DNA from: Myxococcota bacterium
GTDB taxonomy: Bacteria; Myxococcota_A; SURF-8
Assembly (NCBI GenBank): GCA_963674735.2
Contig: CAXXQS010000002.1
Coordinates: forward strand, 480,001-544,000
Length of the DNA stretch: 64,000 bases
Direction of reading: 5' to 3'
The notes under the pieces are model-generated. The model saw only the letters and a program-made list of their open reading frames with translations. It searched no databases and was not told where the DNA came from. Positions 10,601-20,444 of the stretch are shown piece after piece; positions within the stretch are counted from its first letter, which is position 1, and every line of letters begins with the position of its first letter. Made by a program: the position numbers and the translations under genes.

Positions 10601-11006
10601 CCGCCTCGGCGAGCTGCCGTACCGCATCGGGATCGAGAGCGGGCATGGGACTGGCGAAATCCTGCTTCGCCCAGATATCCTCAACATGGCGAAGGGGTGC
10701 GGTGCTGCGGCGCGGGTCGCGCAGCCATTGCTGATTGAGCAGCACGGCGAGCCCACGGGCATAGTCCGCTTCCGGCGCGGAGGCGTCGACCCACAAAGCC
10801 GCATCGAATACCCGGCGTTTGACCGACTCCGGCCCGGTGTCGCTCGGATCGGTTGAATCCACGGTATCGCGGACGGCGGACACCGGGTTCGACGGCGGTG
10901 ATGCTTCTGCCGTTTCCGCCTGTAACGGCAGAGTCAACGTAAGCCAGATTCCCAGGCAAAAACAACCCAGAATTCCTGCTTTCCAAGATGCACAGCCGCG
11001 TTGCAT
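7665..11006 (-). CDS. Large TPR-containing membrane-anchored protein
   Basis: Signal peptide, helical TPR-like repeats (AEKLYRRAL, YKEAARVF), TM helix LFLGVLGVLALIVLGLVI followed by a basic stretch and a beta-rich C-terminus; GAGGT RBS before ATG 11006. Confidence 0.7.
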   Translation of the reverse strand: MQRGCASWKAGILGCFCLGIWLTLTLPLQAETAEASPPSNPVSAVRDTVDSTDPSDTGPESVKRRVFDAALWVDASAPEADYARGLAVLLNQQWLRDPRRSTAPLRHVEDIWAKQDFASPMPALDPDAVRQLAEAVNTRTLALVRLKRLASGWRASLRVYAAATGDNRLSIVSHTPSLASLATQLSHYLLVLDELPAPPTHGDRDFGDRSVARLGRAFTELRAGKTIPALDALLDLRDQGVPLSRWARYRLPALIDATATKGKRVRAAHLDARLLDLQGADDEAEKLYRRALKKKRKDAAAMGHLIALQIRQGKIKAAKPWLLRFEKSRHDPALAHRLWALYYRDPLHAASRLRQLKQAAKQKSPDPWVYRQLAEAYLTERSLLEVSDAYEAAARVCTAQEDYPNAAGYLLRARLAGGPPELLDRIALDRLTPAQLPLMKAVIARHVGGDSFGISCLRARIATLEGHLDEAGYYCREAIIDPGLSPRVALMAGKILFYLNDYKEAARVFARVPASDIHYPAARRGLAWSLVRQGEYEAGLSTFLKGGERPDAAVDPTAPAAPANPADSTDRLLDLARMERECGRAQDLRKSLAKLDRACPGDPQVLAEWLLADISANLFNAQDTRLADLRRRDVRLYAIVQSLLTQRLESGRTVHVGPITDFQPGETFPELLALMGGPRELSDMLPPKDGNMTILDQASLPQTSEAPKMLEAGFSPSRLAVGNESPLNEALRKLANQQTALSGPEPVTRHFAEAPSALPAENTIPAIDAVDFKKPPTAVQFPNGTAFNLQRFRNAVQQAGLDGALLYSVSESIDEETGERRYRLDVVSYLKAKDAFMHRQGLLTSNLDQLRRMNPLFLGVLGVLALIVLGLVIRMVKRRLQAKQVGSLSLTIRYYNKVEESHFVVRLVPLHSRFVWRYDSLFTGRWSGPMKDRFNALFRLFGLRTVLVRNPSFRFNGLQPCRHKLYITGTLKHPTTGDVIGTEESEREIDIESGQNTRLELDFEQRETYVEFKVVTLGSTRRFQDSVASITIDEKPDLFLTAALNEKVNCYLPMGDYRVRATLGEFEASETLSVTDEKPRELALRLSHKRQPDDPVKPSPGDSYDPLRYREKS

Positions 11007-11261
11007 AGAAATACCTCGCCCTTTGTCGTAAATGCGTGCCGGTTTCAGTTTTTTATGTAAGTAAGCTCTAGCCGAACACAAAGATAAAGGCAAGCAATTA
11101 GCAGATAATTGCAAAGGTTTTACTGACGAGAAAGTCAGGCGAAATGGAACGATCGCAGGTCGGTTCTCCCCCCTCTGTCTGGTTTACGCCGTCGGCACCT
11201 ATTGACAGCCTACTCCGACCCCGGTAGGCTGGTTCTCTTTCAATGGGTTGGTGGAGTGAGG

Positions 11262-12551
11262 ATGGATCACGTTCTTCTGCCGTATATCGCACCGCTTAAA
11301 CCGGGGCGTCCTTTCGCGCGGCGCTTCGTTCTGGAGGAGATACGCGGGGTTTACTGCGTTGAGCTGCACTTTCGCGACCGGGTGGACGCCCGTCGTTTCG
11401 CGGTCCGTCTGGTGCCCCACGAGTCCGGACAAGGTGCCTTCGCCAGCACGGGCCTAGTCGATCTTTCCTTGAAACTCACCGGGCCGCCTTCGCGCGATAT
11501 CGACCTGCTGGCGCTGTCGGTGGGCAAGCTTCTGAGCCGCAACATGCACGGCCTGACGGCACAAGACGTCCGCGCGCTCTTTTCCGAACCGGCCATTGTG
11601 GATATCAACGGGACGTCGCAGGAACGCCGCATCGACTTTTTCGTGGGCTATCGCTGCCCGGCGCAATGCCGCTTCTGCACCGACCGCAAGGATAACGACG
11701 AACCACCGCATCTGAGTCTGGCGGAGCTGTCGCAGCGTTTCGCGGACGCCGCCGCGCAGGGTTTCACGAGCGCCACCCTGACCGGTCTCGAACCCACCCT
11801 GCGCCCCGATCTGCCCGAACTGATCCGCGCCGCCCGGCATAGCGGTTTCACCGACGTTCAGGTGGTGAGCAACGGCGTGCGCCTGCACGAACCCGCTTAC
11901 ATGGAACGGCTGCTCGAAGCCGGAATGACGGTCTTGATCCTGTCGGTGCACGCCGCCGATGCGCTGACCGAGTCGCAGTTGACGGGCGTCCCCTGGCTGT
12001 TCGAGCGCAAGCTGGCCGCCCTGAAAAACGCCCACACGCTTTTCGGATCGCGGCAAATCCAGGAACGCCGGGGGCTGTTCTTCCGCACCAACAGCGTGTT
12101 GACCGTTCCGGGTCTGGCGGGCCTGCCGCAGTTGGTCGATCTGCTGACCGAGCATGAAAGCTATCTGATTCCGCTGCATTTCCCCTGGATTCAAGGCCGC
12201 GCCGCCGCGCACTTCGCCTCCGTCGTCCCCCGTTACCCGGACGTGAAAGAGGCGCTCGGGCCGCTCGCGCCGCTGCTGCAGGATCCCGAGCATCCCGTCT
12301 CGGTGCTCAATCTGCCGCCTTGCGTGATCGAAGAAACGGACATCCCGGCGTTGCGGGTCAAAACGCAGGTCAGCGCCGAAAGCGATCCCGATGCCCCCGA
12401 GACGGCCGGTTGCGCGCGCGAGCGCAAAATGGATGAGACCTTGGTTTATCCACCGTTGTGCGCCGCCTGTTCCGCACGAACGCGGTGTCCGGGAGTCTCG
12501 TCGTTGTATCTGGAGCATTACGGAACCGCCGGACTCGCGCCGCTGTCTTGA
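11262..12551 (+). CDS. Radical SAM protein with Cys-containing SPASM/twitch-like C-terminus
   Basis: CPAQCRFC (CxxxCxxC), TGLEPTLR, SNG, C-terminal CAACSARTRCPG...YG; GGAG/GAGG RBS. Confidence 0.85.
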   Translation: MDHVLLPYIAPLKPGRPFARRFVLEEIRGVYCVELHFRDRVDARRFAVRLVPHESGQGAFASTGLVDLSLKLTGPPSRDIDLLALSVGKLLSRNMHGLTAQDVRALFSEPAIVDINGTSQERRIDFFVGYRCPAQCRFCTDRKDNDEPPHLSLAELSQRFADAAAQGFTSATLTGLEPTLRPDLPELIRAARHSGFTDVQVVSNGVRLHEPAYMERLLEAGMTVLILSVHAADALTESQLTGVPWLFERKLAALKNAHTLFGSRQIQERRGLFFRTNSVLTVPGLAGLPQLVDLLTEHESYLIPLHFPWIQGRAAAHFASVVPRYPDVKEALGPLAPLLQDPEHPVSVLNLPPCVIEETDIPALRVKTQVSAESDPDAPETAGCARERKMDETLVYPPLCAACSARTRCPGVSSLYLEHYGTAGLAPLS

Positions 12552-12669
12552 CCCGCGCGACCTCGCTTTTCATCGTAAATTGATGATTTGTTCATCGCCA
12601 TGCAACATGCTATAGAATAATGTAACTGACTTTTCCGTTTGTCGTCGAACCGCCATAGAGGACGTTTTC

Positions 12670-13320
12670 ATGAAGTACCGATTGCGCCTGCCGGACCGCG
12701 AGCAGACCCTGAACGAAGAAATCGCCAACAGCGTCACCCACGGACTCGGCGCGGGTCTGAGCGTGGCCGCCCTATCCATCCTGGTCACCCTCGCCGGACT
12801 GGAAGGCGACCCCTGGCGAATCGTCAGCTTCAGCATTTTCGGCACAGCACTGATTTTGCTGTATCTGGCCTCGACGCTCTATCACGCCTTTCAAAATCCG
12901 CGTGTCAAACGCTTTTTCAACATGATGGATCACTCCATGATCTTCATCCTGATCGCGGGATCGTATACACCCTTCACACTGGTCACCCTGCGCGGCGCAT
13001 GGGGCTGGACGCTCTTCGGCCTGATCTGGGGCTTCGCGCTGGCCGGGGTCACGTTCAAAATCATTTTCAAGCGCCGTTTCATGATGGTTTCCGTGGGTTT
13101 TTACCTGGCCATGGGCTGGCTGGTGGTGATTGCCATGAAACCGCTGATCGACGCCTTGCCGCCTTGGGGGCTGGGCTGGCTGGCCATCGGCGGCGCTTGC
13201 TACACCCTGGGTGTCGTGTTTTATATCTTCGACCGCCTGCCCTACTGGCATACCATCTGGCACCTGTTCGTGCTCGGCGGCAGTTTCAGCCACTTCTTCG
13301 CCGTCTTGTGGTTTGTCTGA
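12670..13320 (+). CDS. Hemolysin III / PAQR (TrhA-like) membrane protein
   Basis: EEIANSVTHG, STLYH, DHSMIFILIAGSYTP and HTIWHLFVLGGS motifs; about 7 TM segments. Confidence 0.93.
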   Translation: MKYRLRLPDREQTLNEEIANSVTHGLGAGLSVAALSILVTLAGLEGDPWRIVSFSIFGTALILLYLASTLYHAFQNPRVKRFFNMMDHSMIFILIAGSYTPFTLVTLRGAWGWTLFGLIWGFALAGVTFKIIFKRRFMMVSVGFYLAMGWLVVIAMKPLIDALPPWGLGWLAIGGACYTLGVVFYIFDRLPYWHTIWHLFVLGGSFSHFFAVLWFV

Positions 13321-13435
13321 CATTTCCCGCCTTCTCTCGGGCCGTGCATTCCGTTGGTAATTCTTACGGCGGCGGGGTACAATCTTTCGGCCTGATTCAA
13401 ATCGAGGATCGGATGGGGAAAACAGGAGGCAGGAG

Positions 13436-14893
13436 ATGAAATCGTTTGGGCGATGGGTTGTATTGGCCTTGATGATCGGCCTTGGGGTGGCGTGCAACGA
13501 CTCGACGGACAACGCCGCTGAGCCCGACGGCGATAGCGAAACGGATACCCCCGCCGCCGACGGCGACGCGGACAGCGACGCGGAAGCGTCAGCCATCACC
13601 CAGCCGCCGGTGGCCTGTGGCATGGCCGAATACGTCTGGCAGCCGACGGAAAACGTCGGTATCCCCATGGAATGGGAACCGCTCGATCTGTGGACGATGA
13701 ACAAGGACGCCTTCGCCAACATGATGCGGGCGGCGGGATTGGAAAGCCCGATTCCGCTGAAGTACGATTTCGCCACCTATCGCTACCGCTACGTCACGCA
13801 GGATCGCGGGCAGTTGGTGGAAGCCACCGGCACGCTGGCCGTCCCCGTCACGACGGATCTCGAACAGCTGCCGACCGTGCTGAACATTCACGGCACCACC
13901 GGTTGGTCCGATCCCTGCGCGCCCACCGCCAACCTGCTGGATCAGTCGCACGCCTTGGCGGGTTTTCTGGCCGCCATGGGATACATTACGGTATCGCCGG
14001 ACCACATCGGAATGGCCGGTTTCGGCGACGCCTCCACCGTGCCGCACGCCTACATTGCGGGCGAGCCCATCGCGCTGGGTTCCTGGGACGCGCTACGCGC
14101 CGGGTTGCGGCTTCTTTCCGACGACCTGGAGGCGGTGGTGGAACCGGATGGTCGGGTGGTGCTGTTCGGGGCTTCGCAGGGCGGGCACGGGGCGCTTTTC
14201 ACCGAATTGTTCGGCCCGTATTACGCGCCGGAATTCGACGTGCGCGCGGTGGTGGCCGATGTGCCCGTTGCATCGCTACACTACGCCACCCGTTTTTCGG
14301 GGGCCGACGACAGTCTTTCCGTCCCGGGTATCTTGGCGATCACGTTGATGTCTCAGTCTCTGTGGTACGGCCAGGGCGATCTGGCCGACCTGCTGACCGA
14401 CAGCGAGCCTCATTTCTTCGCCCAAGATTTCGCCGACGGCATCTATGCAACCGACGACTGTCCGCTCGGTGATTATCCGCCGGTGGATGCCACAACCTTC
14501 GACAACCTTTTTGCGCCCGACTTTCTGGCCGCGGTTGACGCCGGAAGCGCGCCGGAACCCTGGGCCTGCTTCCTGGACGAAAACAGCCTCGACACCACCC
14601 GGATAGAGCCGCTGCGCCACACACCCACGCTGATGACCTTCGGCGAACTGGACCCGCTGGTCCCGCCTGCGGAGATGGACGGTGTTTTCGATGCCCTGTG
14701 TACGGCGGGCTACCAACTGGAGTATCGGCAATGTAAGGGTGCAGGCCACATGGATGCCGCCCTGTGGTCGATCGCGGAACAATACTCCTGGATCGAGGCA
14801 CGCCTGGCGGGTGACCCCATCGAGGCGGAACGCCTGTGTACGCGGCGGCCCGCCGAGTGTTGCCTGGGCAGCCCCGCTGAAATCTGTGAGTGA
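13436..14893 (+). CDS. Secreted lipase (LIP-type alpha/beta hydrolase), lipoprotein
   Basis: Lipobox GVAC, HGTTG, GASQGG nucleophile elbow, DPLVP, GAGH. Confidence 0.85.
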   Translation: MKSFGRWVVLALMIGLGVACNDSTDNAAEPDGDSETDTPAADGDADSDAEASAITQPPVACGMAEYVWQPTENVGIPMEWEPLDLWTMNKDAFANMMRAAGLESPIPLKYDFATYRYRYVTQDRGQLVEATGTLAVPVTTDLEQLPTVLNIHGTTGWSDPCAPTANLLDQSHALAGFLAAMGYITVSPDHIGMAGFGDASTVPHAYIAGEPIALGSWDALRAGLRLLSDDLEAVVEPDGRVVLFGASQGGHGALFTELFGPYYAPEFDVRAVVADVPVASLHYATRFSGADDSLSVPGILAITLMSQSLWYGQGDLADLLTDSEPHFFAQDFADGIYATDDCPLGDYPPVDATTFDNLFAPDFLAAVDAGSAPEPWACFLDENSLDTTRIEPLRHTPTLMTFGELDPLVPPAEMDGVFDALCTAGYQLEYRQCKGAGHMDAALWSIAEQYSWIEARLAGDPIEAERLCTRRPAECCLGSPAEICE

Positions 14894-14934
14894 AGGTGCG
14901 AACGATTGCGCTGATCATCCGCTAACGAACCCGT

Positions 14935-16233
14935 ATGGGGAAGAAGTCCATGCCTACCGTCACGCCCAAATCTCCCGGACCCGAGCCCGAACGGCCGGGC
15001 CTTTTCAAACAGCTTTTACCCTTTGTTTTTGCGGTGGGCATCTTGGTATGGGTGTTTACCGGGTTGTCGGTCAACGTGGTCGATGAGGCGCTACGCATCG
15101 ACGAGCACGGGGAGGCGCGGCTGGCCAAACACGGAGTCAAGACGCATACGCTGGTACTCAAAAGCACCGACGGAAAACGCCTTTACTGCGGAGTATCGGA
15201 GGGGGCGGAGGCCGCCGAGGCCTGTCCGCAGGGCGTGGATTTCCATGTACGCATGCTCGACGGCGCGGCCGTACTGCTGCGTGCGTTGCCGGATCGGCTT
15301 GCACCGGGAACGGACTTGCGCGCCGATTACGTGCACACCCTGAGTATCGGCGATTTGGTTCGGCAACTGGAATCGGTGGACCTCGGGTGGTTCATTCCAG
15401 TCATGATCGCGCTGATGGTGATCTTCTTTTCAAGCGATGTCTTCGGCTTCGGCGGAGCCTATCGTTTGTTCAACGTTCCCGATATGTCCTGGCGCGAAAT
15501 CCTCGTTTTGCGCGGCGGCCCTTATCTGGTCCAGGTCGGTCTGGCGCCGCTGGCGGAGGTTTTGTTTCCGCTTTATCTGCTGCGGGTCAAACGCGTGCCG
15601 GTGACGCATACGCTGAGTTCCAACCTGTGGACGCTGCTCAACGATGTCGCGGCCATCTTTACGCTGCTCACCCCGGCGGTGTTGTACAATCTGTTCGTAA
15701 ACACCGTGGTGCCGGTGATCGGTTTCGAGTGGCTGATCGGCTGCGCGCTTTTCTGGGCGCTTTACTTCAGCGGCATGTTTTTCTGGCCGAGCGAACGTGG
15801 ACGGCGGCTGTCCAAACGCACGGGCGGACTGATGCGCAGCTTCACAAAAGCTCAGCCCCTGCATTACCTGCGGATTTACGCGGTGCGCATCACGGTCTGG
15901 CTGGCGTTCGTGGCCGCCAATTATGCGGCGCTGCGAGCGGTGGGCATGGACCCGACCCTGCCGGTGGCGCTGATCGGGATCCCCCTGATCGTGATGTCTA
16001 TCTTTCTGCCCATCGGGGTGGGCGGCTACGGCGGCCCGCAACTGATTGCCTGGTTTCTCCTGGTGAAAATCGGCGGAGCGGGCACGGCCGAACAGGCGGT
16101 TTTATACTCACTGCTGTTCTCCACGGCCTTCTTGGCCGGACGCGCCGCCATCGGGCTCGTCTTTTTCCGCACCTTTTACAATCGCTGCCTGCGCCGTCAT
16201 CCCATCGACACCTCGCAACCCGAAGCGGTGTGA
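14935..16233 (+). CDS. Multi-pass membrane protein, LPG-synthase TM / UPF0104 flippase-like, with inserted soluble domain
   Basis: Many TM helices; FLPIGVGGYGGPQ resembles the P-x-P/GGxG motif of this family. Confidence 0.6.
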   Translation: MGKKSMPTVTPKSPGPEPERPGLFKQLLPFVFAVGILVWVFTGLSVNVVDEALRIDEHGEARLAKHGVKTHTLVLKSTDGKRLYCGVSEGAEAAEACPQGVDFHVRMLDGAAVLLRALPDRLAPGTDLRADYVHTLSIGDLVRQLESVDLGWFIPVMIALMVIFFSSDVFGFGGAYRLFNVPDMSWREILVLRGGPYLVQVGLAPLAEVLFPLYLLRVKRVPVTHTLSSNLWTLLNDVAAIFTLLTPAVLYNLFVNTVVPVIGFEWLIGCALFWALYFSGMFFWPSERGRRLSKRTGGLMRSFTKAQPLHYLRIYAVRITVWLAFVAANYAALRAVGMDPTLPVALIGIPLIVMSIFLPIGVGGYGGPQLIAWFLLVKIGGAGTAEQAVLYSLLFSTAFLAGRAAIGLVFFRTFYNRCLRRHPIDTSQPEAV

Positions 16234-17105
16234 AGCGGGCCTCCAAGGCGCCCGTGGCGTCCTTTCGTCCATTCGCCGTGACGAACGGAAAGCGTCGCAT
16301 CTGCAATTTAACGTGAACACCTCGAAATTTGGCCACATTGCCTGCCTGGGTGGCGATTCGTTCAATACGCCAAATGCGCCGTTTGACGGAGGCATTTTTT
16401 GCTTTTGTTGAAATCATTGGCTTTTTCGTCCGCGCGACGGGGGTCAAAGTAGTATTCCTATCGGTAAACAGAGATTGCCGTAATACGTCACATCAGAGAG
16501 GGACGAACGGGCGGCGGCACGTGCCCCTGACGCCGGGGCTACAGCTGGGAGGTCTGCCGAAACAACTCCCATACCCGTGTTATTTCAAACAGATGGCGCT
16601 ATCGCAGCCCGACTTTCGAAAGCGGGAAAGCCGTCGGAACGGACGGCGGAACCGGTCATAAATTATTTTAACTAGACTATATTAAATATATTATATAAAA
16701 GATATTTTAAAGACAGCCTCTTATCTTGCTGATATCATTGGGGTTTATCATATTTCGCCAAATGGCCTCGACAGGCACCCGCAAACGGCGGGTAAAATCG
16801 CCACTATGTTGTTTAATATCAAGACGTTACAAAGGCAATAGCCCGCGCAACGGCGCGTCACGCCGGAACACGCTTGCGGCCTTTTTTCCCCCACGATCGA
16901 TTTCTAACGATCCTCTAACTTGCACCTGGGTATAAGAGTCTTATCTTGGAGGCGGGGCAGAGCCTGGCGCTCCATAATGTTGACCGGTAACCGCTTTTCT
17001 TGTTATACCGGTTTGGCTTCGTTTTTTGGCTGCAAGCGAAAACGGCGCACCCGGCAGGATTGTCGGGATCATGTAAGCTATCAATCATGAAAGAAGGTCA
17101 TACCG

Positions 17106-18377
17106 ATGCAACGAACGCTCCTTGCGGCGCTTTTAGCGCTGGGAATCATGCTGGGATTGAGTGCGCCCGCCGACGCCGGACTGATCGAACGCCTCAAGCT
17201 GGACGACGTGACCTGGTTGCCCGTCGAGGATGATACACATGCCGCAACTCTCACCCTCGACGAGCGTCTCCAGACACCGCCCGCCACCCCCAAACTGCTC
17301 GACGAACGCTGGGAGCCCATCGTTTTGGTGCGCACGCTTTACGTCACCACCATGCAGGATTCCTACACCGTCACCGACGCCAACGGGCAGACCCTCGCAC
17401 TCGATAGCCGCGCCATGGACCCGGCCAAATTCGGGCATCGCGAAGGCTTCGTGCTCGAAAACGTCGAGCTGGGCATGAAAGGCCGCTTCAACGATCAGGG
17501 CCTTTATTACAAGGTCAAATTCGAGTTGATCCCGCGTGAAAAAGACGGCAACCGCTCCTCCGATTACCTGAAAGACGCCTACTTCGGCTGGAACACCTAC
17601 CGCGTTTTCGACGTGCGCGCCGGGCGCATGAAGATTCCGTTCAGCCAGGCTAACCTGCAGCCGACCGAATACAGCCCGCTGATCTACAAACCGCTGCTCA
17701 ACGTGCTGACCCCGAAACGCCAGCTCGGCCTGATGGTCGGTTTCGCCGATCCCTGGGAAGTCGCCCGGTTGCGCGGCGGCGTGTTCAATTCGGTGTCGCT
17801 GGCCGTCGAGCAGATGAAAGATTCCAAGCAGCTCATGTACGTCGCGCGCCTCGATTTCAGCCTGGGCAACCTGCTCAAAGCCACCAACACGCATTTCATG
17901 GATTTCGAATTCGACCTGGGCGGCAACATCGCCTATACCAAGGAAAACTTCGATCCCACCACCGAGCATCGCTGGACCGGTCTCGACGCAAGTATCCACC
18001 TGTGGATTTTCACCCTCAAGGGCGAGCTGATGTTCAAGGACTTTTACTCGGGTGACGTGGATGAAAACGGCGTCCAGCCTGCGCGGCGCGGTATCGGCTG
18101 GCACGCCGACCTGATCGTGCACGCCTGGCCGGAAGTCATCGACGTCACCGGCCGCATCGAACAGATGGACGGCGAAGACGATTTCGTTCGCGGCGAGTCG
18201 GCCACACTTTCCATCGATGAAATTTCCAAGCAAAAACAACGCTGGATCACGGGCGGACTGACCTTCCACATCTCCGAAATGGCGCGCATCGATTTCAACT
18301 ACATCCATCGCGAAGAATTGGAAGGTTACAAGTTTGCAAACGATGCATTTTTGGGAATGTTCCAGTTTAATCTATGA
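17106..18377 (+). CDS. Outer membrane porin (OprO/OprP-like)
   Basis: Signal peptide; LKDAYFGW...VRAGRMKIPFS pattern; amphipathic strands; ends MFQFNL. Confidence 0.7.
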   Translation: MQRTLLAALLALGIMLGLSAPADAGLIERLKLDDVTWLPVEDDTHAATLTLDERLQTPPATPKLLDERWEPIVLVRTLYVTTMQDSYTVTDANGQTLALDSRAMDPAKFGHREGFVLENVELGMKGRFNDQGLYYKVKFELIPREKDGNRSSDYLKDAYFGWNTYRVFDVRAGRMKIPFSQANLQPTEYSPLIYKPLLNVLTPKRQLGLMVGFADPWEVARLRGGVFNSVSLAVEQMKDSKQLMYVARLDFSLGNLLKATNTHFMDFEFDLGGNIAYTKENFDPTTEHRWTGLDASIHLWIFTLKGELMFKDFYSGDVDENGVQPARRGIGWHADLIVHAWPEVIDVTGRIEQMDGEDDFVRGESATLSIDEISKQKQRWITGGLTFHISEMARIDFNYIHREELEGYKFANDAFLGMFQFNL

Positions 18378-18476
18378 TCCAGATCATAGAAGCGAACACG
18401 TTACTATTGAAAAATGATGAATCGAACCGTAGTTCCGTACCTCACAAAGGTGGAAGTAGCCGAAAAGAGGAGTAAT

Positions 18477-19892
18477 ATGAAGAAGATAACCAAACAATGG
18501 ATGCCGATCTATAGCCTCGTGGCGCTGTTGGGGCTGCTGGTCGGCGGCTGTGCTTTTTCCGATATGACCGCCGATTCGGAGTTGGACGGCGACAGCGACA
18601 CCGCGGGTCCGAGCACGGACGGCGACCTCGATTTCGAAGTGGAAGTCAGTGAGATTATTGAAGTCACACCTCCTCAGCAGTGGCTGATGGACGAGAACCA
18701 CACGCCCGAATACGTGCATATGACCTGGCAGCACGAGCCTTCCACCACCATTACCCTGCAATGGCAAACCGATGTCAACGATATCGAAACCTATACCCCG
18801 AAGGTTTGGTTCGTTCCGGCCGACGAAGTCGAGGGAAGCGGTGGAGACGTAAAAATGCCCTACGCCGATCAATTCGTGGCCGAGGGGGCGGGTTTCAACT
18901 ACGAAGCGTTTTTCAACAGCGAAAAACAAATATTCGCCCAGTGGGAAGTCGAGCTTCTGGGCCTCGAACCGAACACGCTCTACTACTACCGCGTGGGCAC
19001 CTGGAACGGCTTCGATAAAGACAGCGGTTCGTTCGACCGTCCCAACCTGGGACCGGCGCACACCTTCAAAACCGCCCCCGAAAAGGGATCGCGTGAGCCC
19101 TTCAGCGTCATGCTGGCGGGTGATTCGCGCGGCGGCTACGACGGCATCTCGGCCAATATCGAGCGTCTCAAAGCTTATGATGCCGATTTCTGGCTGTTCA
19201 ACGGCGACATGACCGACGCGGGCGGACAAGGGGAGTGGTTCACCTGGTACACCGCCATGTCGCCGATTTTGCTCGACACCGTGCTGATGCCGGTGCAGGG
19301 CAACCACGAAATCGTGGCCGAGCTCTATTATTGGCAGTTCGCCTTGCCGCAGGAACCGGAACTGCCCGAGGATCGCAAAGAACACGCCTGGTCGGTGGAT
19401 TACGGCAACATCCACTTCATCGGTCTCAACTCCAATACCACGAGCCTAGTGGAAGAGCAGACGGACTGGCTCGAAGCCGATCTCAAAGCCGCCAGCCAGG
19501 ATGAGAAGATCGACTGGATCGTCGCCATGTTCCATCATCCGGCTTATTCGGCCTGCAAACACGGCAGCACCGAGCGTGTCCTGGCCAACTGGACGCCGCT
19601 GTTTGAAAAATACAACGTCGTTCTGGCCTTCTCGGGACATGACCACAATTACGAGCGCACCCATCCCATTCGCGGCGACCAGGTCGTGGATGCGAGCCAG
19701 GGCATCACCTACGTCACCGCCGGTGGGTTCTACTCGGACGGCTACTCCAACGGCCAGGACTGGTGGACGGTCAAGAGCTTCCATGGCGACATAGGCAACA
19801 TGGTGCATCTGGAAGCCAATGGTCTGGAGTTGAACGCCACCGCTTACGACGGCGACGGCAACGTACTCGACACCTTCAGCCTGAGCAAGTAA
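18477..19892 (+). CDS. Purple acid phosphatase-like metallophosphoesterase lipoprotein (FN3-like N-domain)
   Basis: GD, NGDMT, GNHE, FHHP and SGHDHNYER motifs; GLEPNTLYYYRVG; lipobox VGGC; GAGGAG RBS. Confidence 0.9.
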   Translation: MKKITKQWMPIYSLVALLGLLVGGCAFSDMTADSELDGDSDTAGPSTDGDLDFEVEVSEIIEVTPPQQWLMDENHTPEYVHMTWQHEPSTTITLQWQTDVNDIETYTPKVWFVPADEVEGSGGDVKMPYADQFVAEGAGFNYEAFFNSEKQIFAQWEVELLGLEPNTLYYYRVGTWNGFDKDSGSFDRPNLGPAHTFKTAPEKGSREPFSVMLAGDSRGGYDGISANIERLKAYDADFWLFNGDMTDAGGQGEWFTWYTAMSPILLDTVLMPVQGNHEIVAELYYWQFALPQEPELPEDRKEHAWSVDYGNIHFIGLNSNTTSLVEEQTDWLEADLKAASQDEKIDWIVAMFHHPAYSACKHGSTERVLANWTPLFEKYNVVLAFSGHDHNYERTHPIRGDQVVDASQGITYVTAGGFYSDGYSNGQDWWTVKSFHGDIGNMVHLEANGLELNATAYDGDGNVLDTFSLSK

Positions 19893-19918
19893 GCCGATTA
19901 TTCTTTCGCGAGCGTATC

Positions 19919-19943
19919 GCCCCGGCTTCGGCCGGGGTTTTTT
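19919..19943 (+). terminator. Rho-independent terminator
   Basis: GCCCCGGC-TTCG-GCCGGGGT then a T-run, just after the phosphatase stop. Confidence 0.85.
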
Positions 19944-19968
19944 ATTTGGGTGATCGCCCTTTTGAGTT

Positions 19969-19993
19969 TGGATCCCATCGGAGATGCGCTCCA
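19969..19993. repeat. REP-like palindrome family A (TGGAGCCCATCGGAGATGCGCTCCA), copy 1
   Basis: Related copies at 20330-20344 (half), 21282-21306 and 25866-25890. Confidence 0.65.
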
Positions 19994-20127
19994 ACTTGGG
20001 GAGACCTGAACCAACCTAGAGGGCGACTTTTCCGTTAGAGCAGGGCTCCCGTCCTGCTCTGTTTGTTTGTCTTCAAACAAGGCTTCGCCTTGTTTCCGGC
20101 GGGGCTGGTTGCGGTGAAAAAGAGTAA

Positions 20128-20168
20128 GACAAATCTGCGGAGCATGACAGAGCCATGCTCCTGCTCAA
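20128..20168. repeat. REP-like palindrome family B, copy 1
   Basis: TGCGGAGCATGACAGAGCCATGCTCCTGCTCAA (33 bp) is identical at 21324-21356; stem GGAGCATG/CATGCTCC. Confidence 0.85.
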
Positions 20169-20444
20169 AGGGATTTGGGATGACTCCACAAGTATAACCG
20201 ATTGGATGGACGCCCTTTCTTATTACCCGAGTCGGCTACGTAAGGTGCCGTATCGAGGGACCCTTCGATACGATTCCGCTTCGCAAAATCATTCAAGGTG
20301 AGCGGCATTTGGCGCAATCATAATCAGGAGGAGATGCGCTCCAATTTGTGGTTTGAAAGAAATAGGATACACTACACGTCATGGAATGGATGAACCCCGC
20401 AGCCCGACACGGCCGCGACCCGCAGACCGATTCGAGAGACACCC

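Noticed and set aside
16652-16675. Pho box upstream of the porin (GTCATAAATTATTTTAAC)
   Set aside because: The second half-site matches poorly and it lies more than 400 bp from the start codon.
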